A DNA stretch of 49,844 nt. It comes from an uncultured virus (IMG/VR IMGVR_UViG_2061766007_000468) (Duplodnaviria; Heunggongvirae; Uroviricota; Caudoviricetes). The notes under the pieces were generated by a model. That model had not been told where the DNA came from. It was given only the letters and a program-made list of their open reading frames with translations, and made no database searches. The stretch's first letter is position 1; the number at the start of each line of letters is the position of its first letter. Of the stretch, positions 10,370-20,133 are shown piece by piece. Where the stretch lies: the IMG/VR virus record IMGVR_UViG_2061766007_000468. The stretch is one strand, 5' to 3'. The position numbers and the translations under genes were made by a program.

Positions 10370-10495
10370 ATCGACTTCTTCTACATCCTCATGCAGATGT
10401 GCAGAGAGCGCAACTGTACGGCGACTCCGTTGTCTGGAACGATGTGTCTCTCGTTCAATAAACCTAACTGGCTATTCGAGGTACCAAATGAATAA
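9200..10495 (+). CDS. tnpB: TnpB nuclease (internal gap); ORF runs past the element end into the flanking gene
   Basis: VGLDFGIKD, YFQDE, PTTKLCPMCG...CDCG..MDRDTHSA (RuvC plus Zn finger). Confidence 0.85.
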   Translation: MEAIRSEDTKAKIRASMSATKARRQTQVCRVFELKVSIRHNPKSVFEKMSQCFKEAKWVINDMLSLSKDNPDNSMFDYKYTEHKDVVHYDKDNNPVHSPITLPSVLHRATVAQKKTDIVNLAKSKSHGRNIGALKFKRQVDCIPIITGFTQIIGGCRITIPGFKKIRVNGLNQLHQFETFEIADAKLVRKASGYYVKISIMLPKSSRKPTNREVGLDFGIKDSITTSNGDKYNCKVQESEYLKXXXXRLVTDYDVIYFQDEQIKNWQKGLFGKSVQSSCLGSLKQRLVALEDSGRSFKISKWEPTTKLCPMCGCINHPTLADRIYKCDCGYTMDRDTHSARVVLMIGSSKRAECVEHASAEVAASMPPSSAGLAQVAPSKLTAFRLWVVHIDFFYILMQMCRERNCTATPLSGTMCLSFNKPNWLFEVPNE

Positions 10496-10766
10496 CGGCG
10501 AATCCATTTCCGAGAAGCAAGAGAAGATGGAAAAGCTCACCGTCGGCGAGCTGAAGCGTTTGCTTAACAATCCGGTGCTGACAGATTCCGACGAGGTCTT
10601 TGTCGACTATCCGGCTGGCTGGAGCGGCGTATTTCAAGTATACAGTTCAGAAGGCCGACTGTTCTTGCTTGCATCCGACAAGTTCAGTGACAGTGGTATC
10701 GGTGGCGGCGTATCGGTTCTCGACGATGAGCTATGGCGCTCCAAGGATTTAGACGAGGACGAGTGA
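10488..10766 (+). CDS. Hypothetical protein
   Basis: GAGG RBS; LTVGELKRLL N-terminal pattern. Confidence 0.6.
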   Translation: MNNGESISEKQEKMEKLTVGELKRLLNNPVLTDSDEVFVDYPAGWSGVFQVYSSEGRLFLLASDKFSDSGIGGGVSVLDDELWRSKDLDEDE

Positions 10767-10987
10767 TGGCTAAGCGAGTACCTTGTACCCAAAGACGAGG
10801 AAATCATGGGCGCATTCACACCTAAATATCCGATCTCCGACGAGGCCATGCTGGACTTGCTGCACAAGTACCCTTTCTTGAAGTTCAGAAAGGAATNNNN
10901 NNNNNNTGTTACCGCTACTCCTAGGGACGGAACCATGTTCATTTCGCTTGATAAACCTAACTGGCTATTCAACATACCGAGGGACTA

Positions 10988-11671
10988 ATGGGCGCATTCA
11001 CACCTAAATATCCGATCTCCGACGAGGACATGCTGGACTTGCTGCACAAGTACCCTTTCTTGAAGTTCAGAAAGGAATACGGCAGCAATAAGCCGCTGCA
11101 CGAGTCCGAAGCCGAGGATATCGAGAACAACTACTACAAGTACTGGGACGGTCACGGATGGGAAGACCTCTGGAAGAACCGCTACCTTCCTCGTCTGTTC
11201 AAGCTGTACGATTCCTGGGACGACGAGACCAAGAATCGCTTCGAGTTCATGGACGTGAAGGAAAAGTATGGAGAACTTCGTGTGTCAACGTCCGTTTCTA
11301 CTGGCGAGGACTCGCTCAACGGCATAGCCGAGTCGCTGTCCAGTTGGATCTGCGCCGACTGCGGCAAGGAACCACGCACTGCCGACGGCAAGCGTGTCAT
11401 CTGGACTACCGGCGGATGGATTACCAACCTCTGCGAGGACTGCGCTCGCAAGGCAATCAACAAGGGTATCCGTGTTACCGAGGAAGACCAGCTCGACAAC
11501 ATGAAGACGGTTAAGGATCGCCCGTTCGGCTACACGCGATTCAGCCGAGACGGCGACCTCAAGGTAATTTACAAGGAAACCGAAGACGGATGGCTCGAAC
11601 GAGACCATGCGGAAACGGTTCCGAAAGAAGTGTTCAGACAACAGTTCATCAAAGACCTCAAAGGAGAATGA
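10988..11671 (+). CDS. Hypothetical phage-type protein with KEKYGELR motif and two CxxC motifs
   Basis: VKEKYGELR, CADCG, W...LCEDC; a partial duplicate of its start is at 10806-10895. Confidence 0.7.
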   Translation: MGAFTPKYPISDEDMLDLLHKYPFLKFRKEYGSNKPLHESEAEDIENNYYKYWDGHGWEDLWKNRYLPRLFKLYDSWDDETKNRFEFMDVKEKYGELRVSTSVSTGEDSLNGIAESLSSWICADCGKEPRTADGKRVIWTTGGWITNLCEDCARKAINKGIRVTEEDQLDNMKTVKDRPFGYTRFSRDGDLKVIYKETEDGWLERDHAETVPKEVFRQQFIKDLKGE

Positions 11672-11674
11672 TAT

Positions 11675-12031
11675 ATGATGGCTACAATCTACTGGCTCGG
11701 CCTATTCCTGTGCATCACTGTGGTATGCATGATACTGCCGATTTACGCTTTCCTTACGCGGCAAGCGGACAAGGGCGACATTGTCTACTTCATACTACTC
11801 GTCGTAGTGTTCATCGGGCTTGCGATACCATTCTTCGGCGCGGTCATCCACAAGAACGACCCGGTGAAGCTGACGATTACGTCCACGGACGGCACCGTGA
11901 CCGTGTACGATACAAAAAGGTATCTGATCAGCGATCACGACGACTACTACCGTATATACAACCAGAATGACGACTCTTGGATCGAGCATCACGAGATCAA
12001 GCACACGAAAATGGAATACTTGGAGAAGTGA
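11675..12031 (+). CDS. Membrane protein (2 TM plus soluble tail)
   Basis: AGGAG RBS; two hydrophobic helices. Confidence 0.65.
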   Translation: MMATIYWLGLFLCITVVCMILPIYAFLTRQADKGDIVYFILLVVVFIGLAIPFFGAVIHKNDPVKLTITSTDGTVTVYDTKRYLISDHDDYYRIYNQNDDSWIEHHEIKHTKMEYLEK

Positions 12032-12032
12032 C

Positions 12033-13950
12033 ATGGTTGACAAATAGGCGGTCGCAAGCTCACGCCCTTTAGGGCGTGGGTAAGACCCGCCGATAGTAAA
12101 TGTAAGAAATAAATAACATTTGAAAGCCTCATAATTATTGTATATTTGAGTTAAGATACTATAAACTTTAATTGAAGTCAAGNNNNNNNNNNTCCGAAGG
12201 AAACCTTCAAAAAAATAGCCCAATGTTTCAAGGAAGCTAAATGGGTAATCAACGACATGCTGTCATTATCCAAGGACAATCCCGACAATAGCATGTTCGA
12301 CTACACGTACACCGAGCATAAGTATGTAGTCCACTACGACAAGGACAAGAACCCGATAACGGATACGGTCACATTGCCATCGGTGCTTCATCGTGCTACA
12401 GTAGCCCAGAAGAAGACGGACATTGTAAATCTTGCCAAAGCCAAGAAGAAAGGCATCAAGGTTGGCGCATTGAAATTCAAGTCGCAAGTGAACTGCCTTC
12501 CGATAATCACCGGGTTCACGCAGATATTGGATGGGTGCCGAATAACCATTCCCGGCTTCCGCAAGCTCCGTGTTCATGGACTGAATCAGCTGCATCAATT
12601 CGAGAAGTTTGAATTGGCCGATGCCAAGCTAATCCGCAAGGCATCCGGCTACTACGTAAAGATTAGCGTAATGCTACCGAAGGAGAAGAGGATTCCTNNN
12701 NNNNNNNCCAGCTGCAACAATTCGAGAAGTTTGAACTGGCCGATGCCAAGCTAATCCACAAGGCATCCGGCTATTACGTAAAGATTAGCGTAATGCTACC
12801 GAAGGAGAGAAGGATTCCTACCAACCGTAACGTTGGTCTCGACTTCGGAATAAAGGATTCCATAACAACGTCATACGGTGACAAGTACAAGTGTAATGTG
12901 CGAGAAACCGACCGCCTAAAATTCCTGTCACGGAAACTGAACCGTAGATGGAAGAAAAAGAACGAGAAGGGGTCGAAGCTGTATTACAGATGTCTTCGTC
13001 AACTGAAACGTGAGTATGAGCATATTGCCAATGTCCGAAAGGACGTTGCCAATAAAGTCTACCACAAGTTGGTGACCGACTATGATGTTATATACTTTCA
13101 AGACGAGCAGATTAAGAACTGGCATAAAGGATTGTTCGGAAAACAAGTACAGTCCTCGTGTCTTGGTGCATTGAAGCAGCGGCTGGTCGCGCTCGAAGCA
13201 AGCGGACGCAGCTTCAAGNNNNNNNNNNGCTGTTTGGCAAGCAAGTGCAGTCCTCCTGTCTTGGTGCATTGAAGCAGCGGCTGGTTGCATTGGAAGCAAG
13301 TGGCCGTAGTTTCAAGATTTCCAAGTGGGAGCCTACTACCAAGCTGTGCCCAGTCTGCGGATGTATCAACCATCCTACTCTAGCCGACCGTATATACAAG
13401 TGCGGCTGCGGCTATACCATGGATAGGGATACTCATTCTGCTCGTGTAGTATTGATGATTGGCTCGTCTAAAAGAGCTGAGTGCTTGGAACAAGCCTCGC
13501 CGGAGCTACGTCCTCTACCGAATTGCAATCCGATTGCAAATAGGCAAGACTCGGTGTCGATGGCAAGAACCGAAGCTCACCGCCTTTAGGCGGTGGGTAG
13601 TTCACACCTTTATCAATTTGGGAATTGCCTTTGGCGCACTCGCGATATTTTTGTTTGGTTTGGGTATATGCGACACGCCGACACCACCGCTGCTGTGGAG
13701 TGGCCTCGTATTTGCGGTGATGCTCGTGATCCTCTTTCTTATCACGCCGAGTCAGGAGAAGATGATTGCCATGGAGTACGAAGACATCTTGAACAACCGC
13801 CCAGCATGCGCGGAGGAAGTCGACAAGGGACTGGACAGCGCGTCGATGGAATGCTTGCGCGTATACAAGTCGTACTTTAAGGATTCCGTTGCGGCGGCTG
13901 GCCAGTACAAACAGCATTTTGAAAAGCTGAAAGCAGACATCAAACGGTAG
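12033..13950 (+). pseudogene. Membrane protein gene (MVD / TFINLGIAFG...) split by element B
   Basis: GGAG RBS; ATG GTT GAC (12033-12041) joins 13606-13950 in frame. Confidence 0.7.
12042..13605 (+). mobile_element. tnpB: Non-autonomous IS200/IS605-family element (tnpB only), copy B; tnpB fragmented by gaps
   Basis: Same left end after TTGAC as copy A; right hairpin CACCGCC-ttta-GGCGGTG then GGTAGTTCAC; ORF pieces closely similar to the 9200 TnpB. Confidence 0.85.
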
Positions 13951-13958
13951 GTACATCT

Positions 13959-14297
13959 ATGGGACTTACTTGCACATGTCCGTTATGCCGTCATAAACGA
14001 GGCGAGCTTACCGACCGTGAATACGCTTGGTACTTGAAAGGATGTATCGAGGTGGCCTCTAGAATGCCCAAGAGCGTAAGCGACTTCTGCCGACGGGACG
14101 GTGCCACATTGGAAGAACTGCGATTTGACGATGATATGGATGACGAAGTCACTAATGGCCATATCCTATTGAAAGAAATGATTGAGAAGATGAAGAAGGC
14201 TGGCATAGAGGTAGACCCGGCCTTCTTGTTCCCAGAACATTACACTCTGCCAAAGAACGAGGTAAAAGATGAAAACGAACGACGGACAGAGGATTGA
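13959..14297 (+). CDS. Hypothetical protein with CxCxxC
   Basis: ORF with AGGT RBS. Confidence 0.55.
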   Translation: MGLTCTCPLCRHKRGELTDREYAWYLKGCIEVASRMPKSVSDFCRRDGATLEELRFDDDMDDEVTNGHILLKEMIEKMKKAGIEVDPAFLFPEHYTLPKNEVKDENERRTED

Positions 14298-14667
14298 AAC
14301 CGAAAACAGTACACTGGTCGACGAGGATCCGATCGCTAGGAAGCGCCGACTGAACAACGAGGCGAACCGTCGGTACAGACAGACCGAGAAGGGAAAGCGA
14401 ACAAACTCGCGGAAGTGCAAGAAGTACTTCCAGTCCCATCGGCAGCAGTGCCAACAGTACGTCGTCAACTACAAGAACGAGTTCCACGAGAAGTACGGAG
14501 TCTGGTTCACAGCTTGGAACTACTGGCGCAAGAAGCTGGTAGAGGGCAAGTGCCAGGAATCGGACATCCCGCCGCAGTACGGCAAGATTCTCGCGGACTG
14601 GAAACGCAAACAAGGAGTAGCCAATGCGCCTGATGATGGCATTGCTTCTAGCGCTGACAATATGTAG
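14269..14667 (+). CDS. Basic helical hypothetical protein
   Basis: GAGG RBS; RRYRQTEKGK-type basic helix. Confidence 0.55.
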   Translation: MKTNDGQRIETENSTLVDEDPIARKRRLNNEANRRYRQTEKGKRTNSRKCKKYFQSHRQQCQQYVVNYKNEFHEKYGVWFTAWNYWRKKLVEGKCQESDIPPQYGKILADWKRKQGVANAPDDGIASSADNM

Positions 14668-14938
14668 CTCTTACGCCGCCGAAGGGTATTGCAAGGAGTT
14701 CATCGTATGGAATCCTACGAAGAACGACACGCTGTTCCACTTCAAGCGTAACCCGTCGGACAAGACTACGAAAGACGGCGAATGCCACTACAACTCCGGC
14801 TTTACGGCGAAGGTCGTTGAGTGGAATTGTCAAAACATGTATCTGTCGAAGGATGGAACGTATGCGCTGCAGAAACGCCATGAAGGCTCTATCAGCCTTC
14901 ATCCGTTCCAGTTCTATTGTCATTCAAAGTGGTGGTAA
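14624..14938 (+). CDS. Putative secreted protein
   Basis: AGGAG RBS; signal-peptide-like N-terminus MRLMMALLLALTICSSYA. Confidence 0.55.
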   Translation: MRLMMALLLALTICSSYAAEGYCKEFIVWNPTKNDTLFHFKRNPSDKTTKDGECHYNSGFTAKVVEWNCQNMYLSKDGTYALQKRHEGSISLHPFQFYCHSKWW

Positions 14939-14940
14939 AT

Positions 14941-15509
14941 ATGGTTCCAAAGTATAGTTCATTCCGAATTACGGAAGGTATCACGAAGTTCTACGACTTC
15001 TTTAAATCGTATTCCGATCGTGGATATCGTCTTCCCGGTGGTTGGGAGATCCGGCTAGATGAATGGTATGATCCGAACGTATCTGGCAGTACGGTTAAAT
15101 ATGTTGTATTCCGTGGCGAGTACAACGAAATCACGTTCGACGTGCATTTCGCGTTCAAGCAAAATTTCCGCGAGGCATTTGTTGGAAACGTCTGCCCGAA
15201 TAATCGGTCACGGCTTTCCCCCAACGAGTACAACCAGTGTTTGGATAAATTCGTCAACGAGGTCGTAAAGTGGTATGACAAGAACACCGCTTTGGGCGAG
15301 TTCAGATACGAATACGATGCAATCGCGTCTACGCCGATCAAGACGCTTAAAGTGTCCAAGGTTCCGGCTGGCCACATCACATTCAGTTTCAACGACGAGT
15401 CTGGCGTCACCGTGGACATGTCGGCAGTCATAAATGCGGATATCCGAGTCTCTGGGATTTTCGAGCACTACAATCCAAATGATCCGGAAGCCATATTCAA
15501 GTCGGCAAA
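14941..15509 (+). CDS. Hypothetical protein (continues past gap)
   Basis: Open frame from ATG 14941 to the N-run. Confidence 0.5.
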
Positions 15510-15745
15510 NNNNNNNNNNNNNNNNNNNNNNNNNAGATATCGGCAAGACGGATGCGTACAAGATCGTGTGCAGCGAAATGACGCCGATCGAACGGCTGAA
15601 GAAACCCAACGACATCGGTGGTTTCGAGTTCAACGGTTCGACCTATGTCGCCGCCAGCGACAGAGTCACGGGTTACTGCGCGGTGAAGGTCTTGGCAGAC
15701 CGAATGGTAATAACGTTAACGTAATTTTACATGTTTTTCTTAAAT

Positions 15746-15789
15746 AATCGGCGTATGGTATTGACACATACGCCGATTTGTGCTATATT
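15746..15789 (+). promoter_or_regulatory. Promoter with -35 box inside an inverted repeat; probably leaderless
   Basis: AATCGGCGTATG / CATACGCCGATT flank TTGACA (15761); 17 bp spacer; TATATT 15784-15789; ATG 15796. Confidence 0.75.
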
Positions 15790-15795
15790 TTGGAC

Positions 15796-16818
15796 ATGGA
15801 AAATAAAAAACTCACTATGCTTATCTCTAAGAAAGTCCTCGGACGCTACATAAACGGCAACCATTCCGTTGTCATCTTCGAGGACGGAACCAAGGTCAAG
15901 TCCACCGGACACTGGGAAAAGAATGCCAAGAACGGTGCCAACGTCTGGGTCGAGGACGACCAAGACCACTTCACCTACGACTTCCCCGAAAACTTCGACA
16001 TCAAGATTACGGACTGGTGTGACGGCGGCTGCTCGTATTGCCACGAGAACTCTACTGTGCATGGCAAACACGGCAATCTACGTGCAATGGAACCGGTTTT
16101 TCGGTCTCTGCATGCTGGTACCGAAGCCGCAATCGGTGGCGGCTTGGCTAATGCACATCCCGACTTTGAGTGGATGCTGAATGTTCTCAAGGAACAAGGT
16201 GTGATTGCCAATCTCACCATCAATCAGCGTCATTTAAAGAAATATCGTGACCAGCTCATGCGACTTATCAAGGAAGAACTCGTCCACGGAATCGGCGTGT
16301 CCCTCACGGACTCCACCAACAAGGACGATCTGGCCATCATCAACGAGCTGGGCAACAACGTGGTCATCCACGTAATCGCTGGCATCTTCTCCCAAGATGA
16401 CGTCGAGTTCGTCAAGGGTCACAAGATCCTCGTGCTCGGCTACAAGGACTTGCGCCGTGGTCACACATTGTTCGAGAAGCAGTCCGACGACATCAAGACG
16501 AAGATCCAGTGGCTCGTCGCCTACTTGCCGGAACTCAAGAAACAGTGCAAGTGCATCTCCTTCGACTGTCTCGGTCTGGAACAAGTAGACCCCAAGACCG
16601 TGCTGAACATTTCTGACAAGGAATTCAACACACTCTTCCAGGGCAGCGACACCGACGTCGCCGACAGCGAAGGCAACATCACTTGCTGCACTATGTACAT
16701 CGACGTGCCGAACATGAAGGTTGCCCGTATGAGCACCGCCGCGCTCGACAAGCGTTACGACTTCACTGGCAAGGAAAACATCGCCGAGCTTCTGAAGATC
16801 ACCACGCAAGGATGGTAA
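15796..16818 (+). CDS. Radical SAM enzyme (A)
   Basis: DIKITDWCDGGCSYCHE = CxxxCxxC; AIGGG; NLTINQ. Confidence 0.9.
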   Translation: MENKKLTMLISKKVLGRYINGNHSVVIFEDGTKVKSTGHWEKNAKNGANVWVEDDQDHFTYDFPENFDIKITDWCDGGCSYCHENSTVHGKHGNLRAMEPVFRSLHAGTEAAIGGGLANAHPDFEWMLNVLKEQGVIANLTINQRHLKKYRDQLMRLIKEELVHGIGVSLTDSTNKDDLAIINELGNNVVIHVIAGIFSQDDVEFVKGHKILVLGYKDLRRGHTLFEKQSDDIKTKIQWLVAYLPELKKQCKCISFDCLGLEQVDPKTVLNISDKEFNTLFQGSDTDVADSEGNITCCTMYIDVPNMKVARMSTAALDKRYDFTGKENIAELLKITTQGW

Positions 16819-16819
16819 G

Positions 16820-17083
16820 ATGCGTTTCGTTTTCAAGTTCGAATCGGAACCAGCAAGAAGCCACTTTCAGCGTGGTCTTGAAGACCAGCTTGGGCACTCG
16901 ATGTTCGTCACTATCAAGCGGACGAAGGCCAAGGTTCCTACGCTGATCGTGAACACGTCGCGTGACGACAGCATGTTCTGCACGAGTCCGGAAGAAAACA
17001 CCGCCATCATGTACCACGCTGCGGTGCTGCATAGCGGCATCGTATCAATGCGCATGCAGCATTCAAAGGAGAAATCAAAATGA
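16820..17083 (+). CDS. Hypothetical protein
   Basis: Packed between radical SAM A and FETNSSS copy 2. Confidence 0.55.
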   Translation: MRFVFKFESEPARSHFQRGLEDQLGHSMFVTIKRTKAKVPTLIVNTSRDDSMFCTSPEENTAIMYHAAVLHSGIVSMRMQHSKEKSK

Positions 17084-17598
17084 AAACTATACGCCGTGGA
17101 GTCTTTGAAACCAACTCCAGCTCAGAACATTCCGCCACCGTCGGCGAAGAACTCTACGCACTGCCGAAGGCGCAGTATGACCAGTTTAAGCTCGGAAAAG
17201 CTTTCTTCGACACGTCTCTTGAGAAGGTCGTGTCCGTCAAGCGCGTTATCACCGAGTTCAAGGAATACAAGCGCTACACGGAATTTGTAGCCAAGAACCA
17301 GTGCCGCGTAATCAACACCGACACTTTCTTGATGCTTGCGAGCGAAGTCTACTACTGGAGCGCAGATTACATTATCAAAAAACTCAAGAAGGTTAAGATT
17401 ACCCAGTACCATGTTACCAAGGAACTGATCGACCTTGTCCACGAGTTCTTGCGCGAAAACAGCTATTGCCTCTACGAACGGTTCTACCGTTCACATGACG
17501 GCAACGACGACTGTCACTACATTGAAAAGGAATGCAAGGTAAGCCGTCACACTACCATTGTGGCGTTCGGTCACGCATGGGCCAACTGCGACGACTAG
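17080..17598 (+). CDS. FETNSSS-motif family protein (copy 2)
   Basis: MKTIRRGVFETNSSSEHSATV ... IVAFGHAW. Confidence 0.8.
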   Translation: MKTIRRGVFETNSSSEHSATVGEELYALPKAQYDQFKLGKAFFDTSLEKVVSVKRVITEFKEYKRYTEFVAKNQCRVINTDTFLMLASEVYYWSADYIIKKLKKVKITQYHVTKELIDLVHEFLRENSYCLYERFYRSHDGNDDCHYIEKECKVSRHTTIVAFGHAWANCDD

Positions 17599-17606
17599 GA
17601 GATACT

Positions 17607-18527
17607 ATGCTTCAAGAGATTCACGACATCAAGAACTACTCGTTCAACCCCGTTCTGGAAAGCAACGAGATGCTGTACGATACCCAAGTCACGCTGTTCG
17701 GCAAGCCGTGGCGCATCATGGACGACTATTGGATGAAGCATGTCCATATAAAGATCACCGACCGCTGCAACGCTCGCTGTCCGTTCTGCATAGAGAAGGA
17801 AAGCCACCTCAAGGACGACCCCGTCAAGCTGATGACCAACCTTCAGAGACTTATCGCCGAACTCGATAGCCAAGGCCATCTGGCCACGGTGAGCATCACT
17901 GGCGGCGAACCGTCCCTCAGCCCCATCGCTGGCGATGTCGTGGATTTCTTGAAGGGCAACTACAAGGTGTTCCTCAACATCAATACCAACTTCAGCAAGA
18001 CCATCGACAGCAAGCTAGATCCGGACTGGGTCAATATATCTCGTCACAAGGTAGGTGCTGACGACTACACCGGCATCGGCGCTCTCGACCTCGACTTGCT
18101 CGACCAGTACCGTGCAAAGCATCCGAACACCAAGATCCGTCTCCAGTGCGTCCTTCATCCGCACGGACTCCAGTCCATCGACGCGATCAAGGAATACATC
18201 GACCATTACATCGGACACATCGACGACCTCAGCTTCCGTAGGCTCATCAACGTGACCGATAATGCTCCGACGGATGACTTGTACCAGCAGCTCAAGCACT
18301 TCCTCTACGACAACTCAACGCTCGTGGAACAAGTGCTCAAGGACTACTACGTCTACGAGACATGGAACTACAAGGGCTTGAACATTACGCTGTCCCATTC
18401 CAACATGAAGCTGCTGCACGACCTCGAAGGCACCGAGGACGACAATATCCTCCGTGAGATCGTAGTGCATCCTGACGGCCTCATCGCTGGCAGCTGGTAC
18501 AGAAACAAGAAGATCATCGCAGAATAA
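17607..18527 (+). CDS. Radical SAM enzyme (B)
   Basis: HIKITDRCNARCPFC, SITGGEP, NTN, VNISRH, VVHPDG; AGGAG RBS. Confidence 0.9.
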   Translation: MLQEIHDIKNYSFNPVLESNEMLYDTQVTLFGKPWRIMDDYWMKHVHIKITDRCNARCPFCIEKESHLKDDPVKLMTNLQRLIAELDSQGHLATVSITGGEPSLSPIAGDVVDFLKGNYKVFLNINTNFSKTIDSKLDPDWVNISRHKVGADDYTGIGALDLDLLDQYRAKHPNTKIRLQCVLHPHGLQSIDAIKEYIDHYIGHIDDLSFRRLINVTDNAPTDDLYQQLKHFLYDNSTLVEQVLKDYYVYETWNYKGLNITLSHSNMKLLHDLEGTEDDNILREIVVHPDGLIAGSWYRNKKIIAE

Positions 18528-18603
18528 GGAGGCCAACATGGCAAGACAGATTAAAGAACCCATGATGGGTCTTGAGAGTTAGTCAAAATATAACCAAAGA
18601 TAC

Positions 18604-19911
18604 TCATTGACTTTTTATCGTATCCGGGACTCTTAGCTCCGAACCGTCCATACTGAACAAACCGTCAGGCAACCAGTAGAAGCCTTCTGATTTTGCTAGT
18701 ATGGAGAACTCATTTGAGTGAGGTATAGCGGGTAGGTCTATCGCATGGTTCTTCGCCGCATTGATATCAGCGTCGATAGCCAGTCCACACAGAGGACAAA
18801 CGTATAGCTTTCCCTTCCTCGCTTTTTTGAGTACGTGTCCGCATCCGGAGCAGCGTTGAGAACGGTAGGCGTTCGATTGCAGATTTATTCGGACACCGAA
18901 CTCCTCTGCAACTTGTGCCAACCTAGTCACTATATCCGGATTAGACCAATGTTTCATCTTTCTGGACGGATTCCGTCCATAGTTGATGTTAGTTATCTTT
19001 TCAAGGCCGATTTCATTGATATTGCTGAAATCAAGTCGTTTTATCGAATAATTAATGTAATTGCGTCGTTCTGTTTGCACCCGTTTGAATGCATTGGAAC
19101 CTTTTTTCTTTCTCGCAAGCTTGTCGGTAATCGTATCGAGATTCACCGTGAGCACTCGATTAGGCTCATGCTTTCTAGGTGCATTGACAATCATATCCGT
19201 CGTGGTCTGGCCGTCCGATAGGGAAATGCAAGTAAGCAGACCTTGGTCGGCTCCGACCTTGACGCCTTCGGCTTTCAGTACAGCTTCTTTTTGCCACCTT
19301 AGTTGGACACCGTACTCATCAATAAGATAACCATTGCATCTAGTCCAAGTACCATCAGTATATTTATGTAAATGTTTCTGGTTGCATACTGGTATACTGA
19401 ATATAGGCAACCCAGTGGATTTAATGCGTAGGAATCCATAGAATTCACCGTTCGGCGTAGGAATGAATTCTGCACATTTGCTGGATATCTCAATTCCGGC
19501 GTCAGACAAGTCTGGTTTGCTAGGATTTCTAGTTTCTATAGTATTCCACAACCGTTCGAGGTATCGTCCGTGAGATGCTTCCTTGTCAAACACATACAGA
19601 CGAGCAGAGTTCTTCGCACAAATGGCGCGTAGCTTGCCGCTGAGTTGTGTAACGAGCGAACTGAGCATCCTTGCTGATAGCCAGGTATCTACATTAAACC
19701 GATTGTAGTCGAGGTACTTGGGTAACTCGTACTTGAACTGCACTGGATTGAATTCATGCCATCCGTCGTCTTCTGGCCATCTGTAGCCATTGAGCCACAT
19801 GTCGTCGCATATCAACTGCATGACGCGTCGCCATTCAGCAAGCAACTTGTCTATGGACGACCGCTTGCCGGTATTGGCGAACTTCAGCGTATGTTTTGTG
19901 GCTCGTATCAT
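18604..19911 (-). CDS. tnpB: TnpB-family nuclease (IS607-like clade, no transposase adjacent)
   Basis: GADQG, GLE, YRSQRCSGCG...CPLCG..IDADINAAKN; N-terminal H.LKFANTGK shared with the 22957 TnpB; AT-rich. Confidence 0.85.
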   Translation of the reverse strand: MIRATKHTLKFANTGKRSSIDKLLAEWRRVMQLICDDMWLNGYRWPEDDGWHEFNPVQFKYELPKYLDYNRFNVDTWLSARMLSSLVTQLSGKLRAICAKNSARLYVFDKEASHGRYLERLWNTIETRNPSKPDLSDAGIEISSKCAEFIPTPNGEFYGFLRIKSTGLPIFSIPVCNQKHLHKYTDGTWTRCNGYLIDEYGVQLRWQKEAVLKAEGVKVGADQGLLTCISLSDGQTTTDMIVNAPRKHEPNRVLTVNLDTITDKLARKKKGSNAFKRVQTERRNYINYSIKRLDFSNINEIGLEKITNINYGRNPSRKMKHWSNPDIVTRLAQVAEEFGVRINLQSNAYRSQRCSGCGHVLKKARKGKLYVCPLCGLAIDADINAAKNHAIDLPAIPHSNEFSILAKSEGFYWLPDGLFSMDGSELRVPDTIKSQ

Positions 19912-20070
19912 CTGACAACCAACTAGAAGTGCCAGTCGGACGCTCATTGTGGTGGTTAGCATCCAACTGGCACTCAAAAACTCATTCCTATATACAAGAA
20001 CCACCACGAACTCGTATATACATAAGTTTATATAGCTGTTAAAAGTTCTTCCTATGAAATTAGTACATTA

Positions 20071-20099
20071 TTTGCATATTTGTCAGTTTTTGCTATATT
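20071..20099 (+). promoter_or_regulatory. Sigma70-type promoter
   Basis: TTTGCA/TTGCAT then TGCTATATT upstream of the Nif3-like gene. Confidence 0.6.
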
Positions 20100-20133
20100 T
20101 AGTGTATTATGATTAAAAACAAGAGGCTATAAA

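Larger units (their letters stand above)
9030..10495 (+). pseudogene. Small gene (MYDKEFD / IDFFYILMQ...VPNE) split by a TnpB element
   Basis: GAGG RBS; 9030-9050 joins 10370-10495 in frame if 9051-10369 is removed. Confidence 0.7.
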
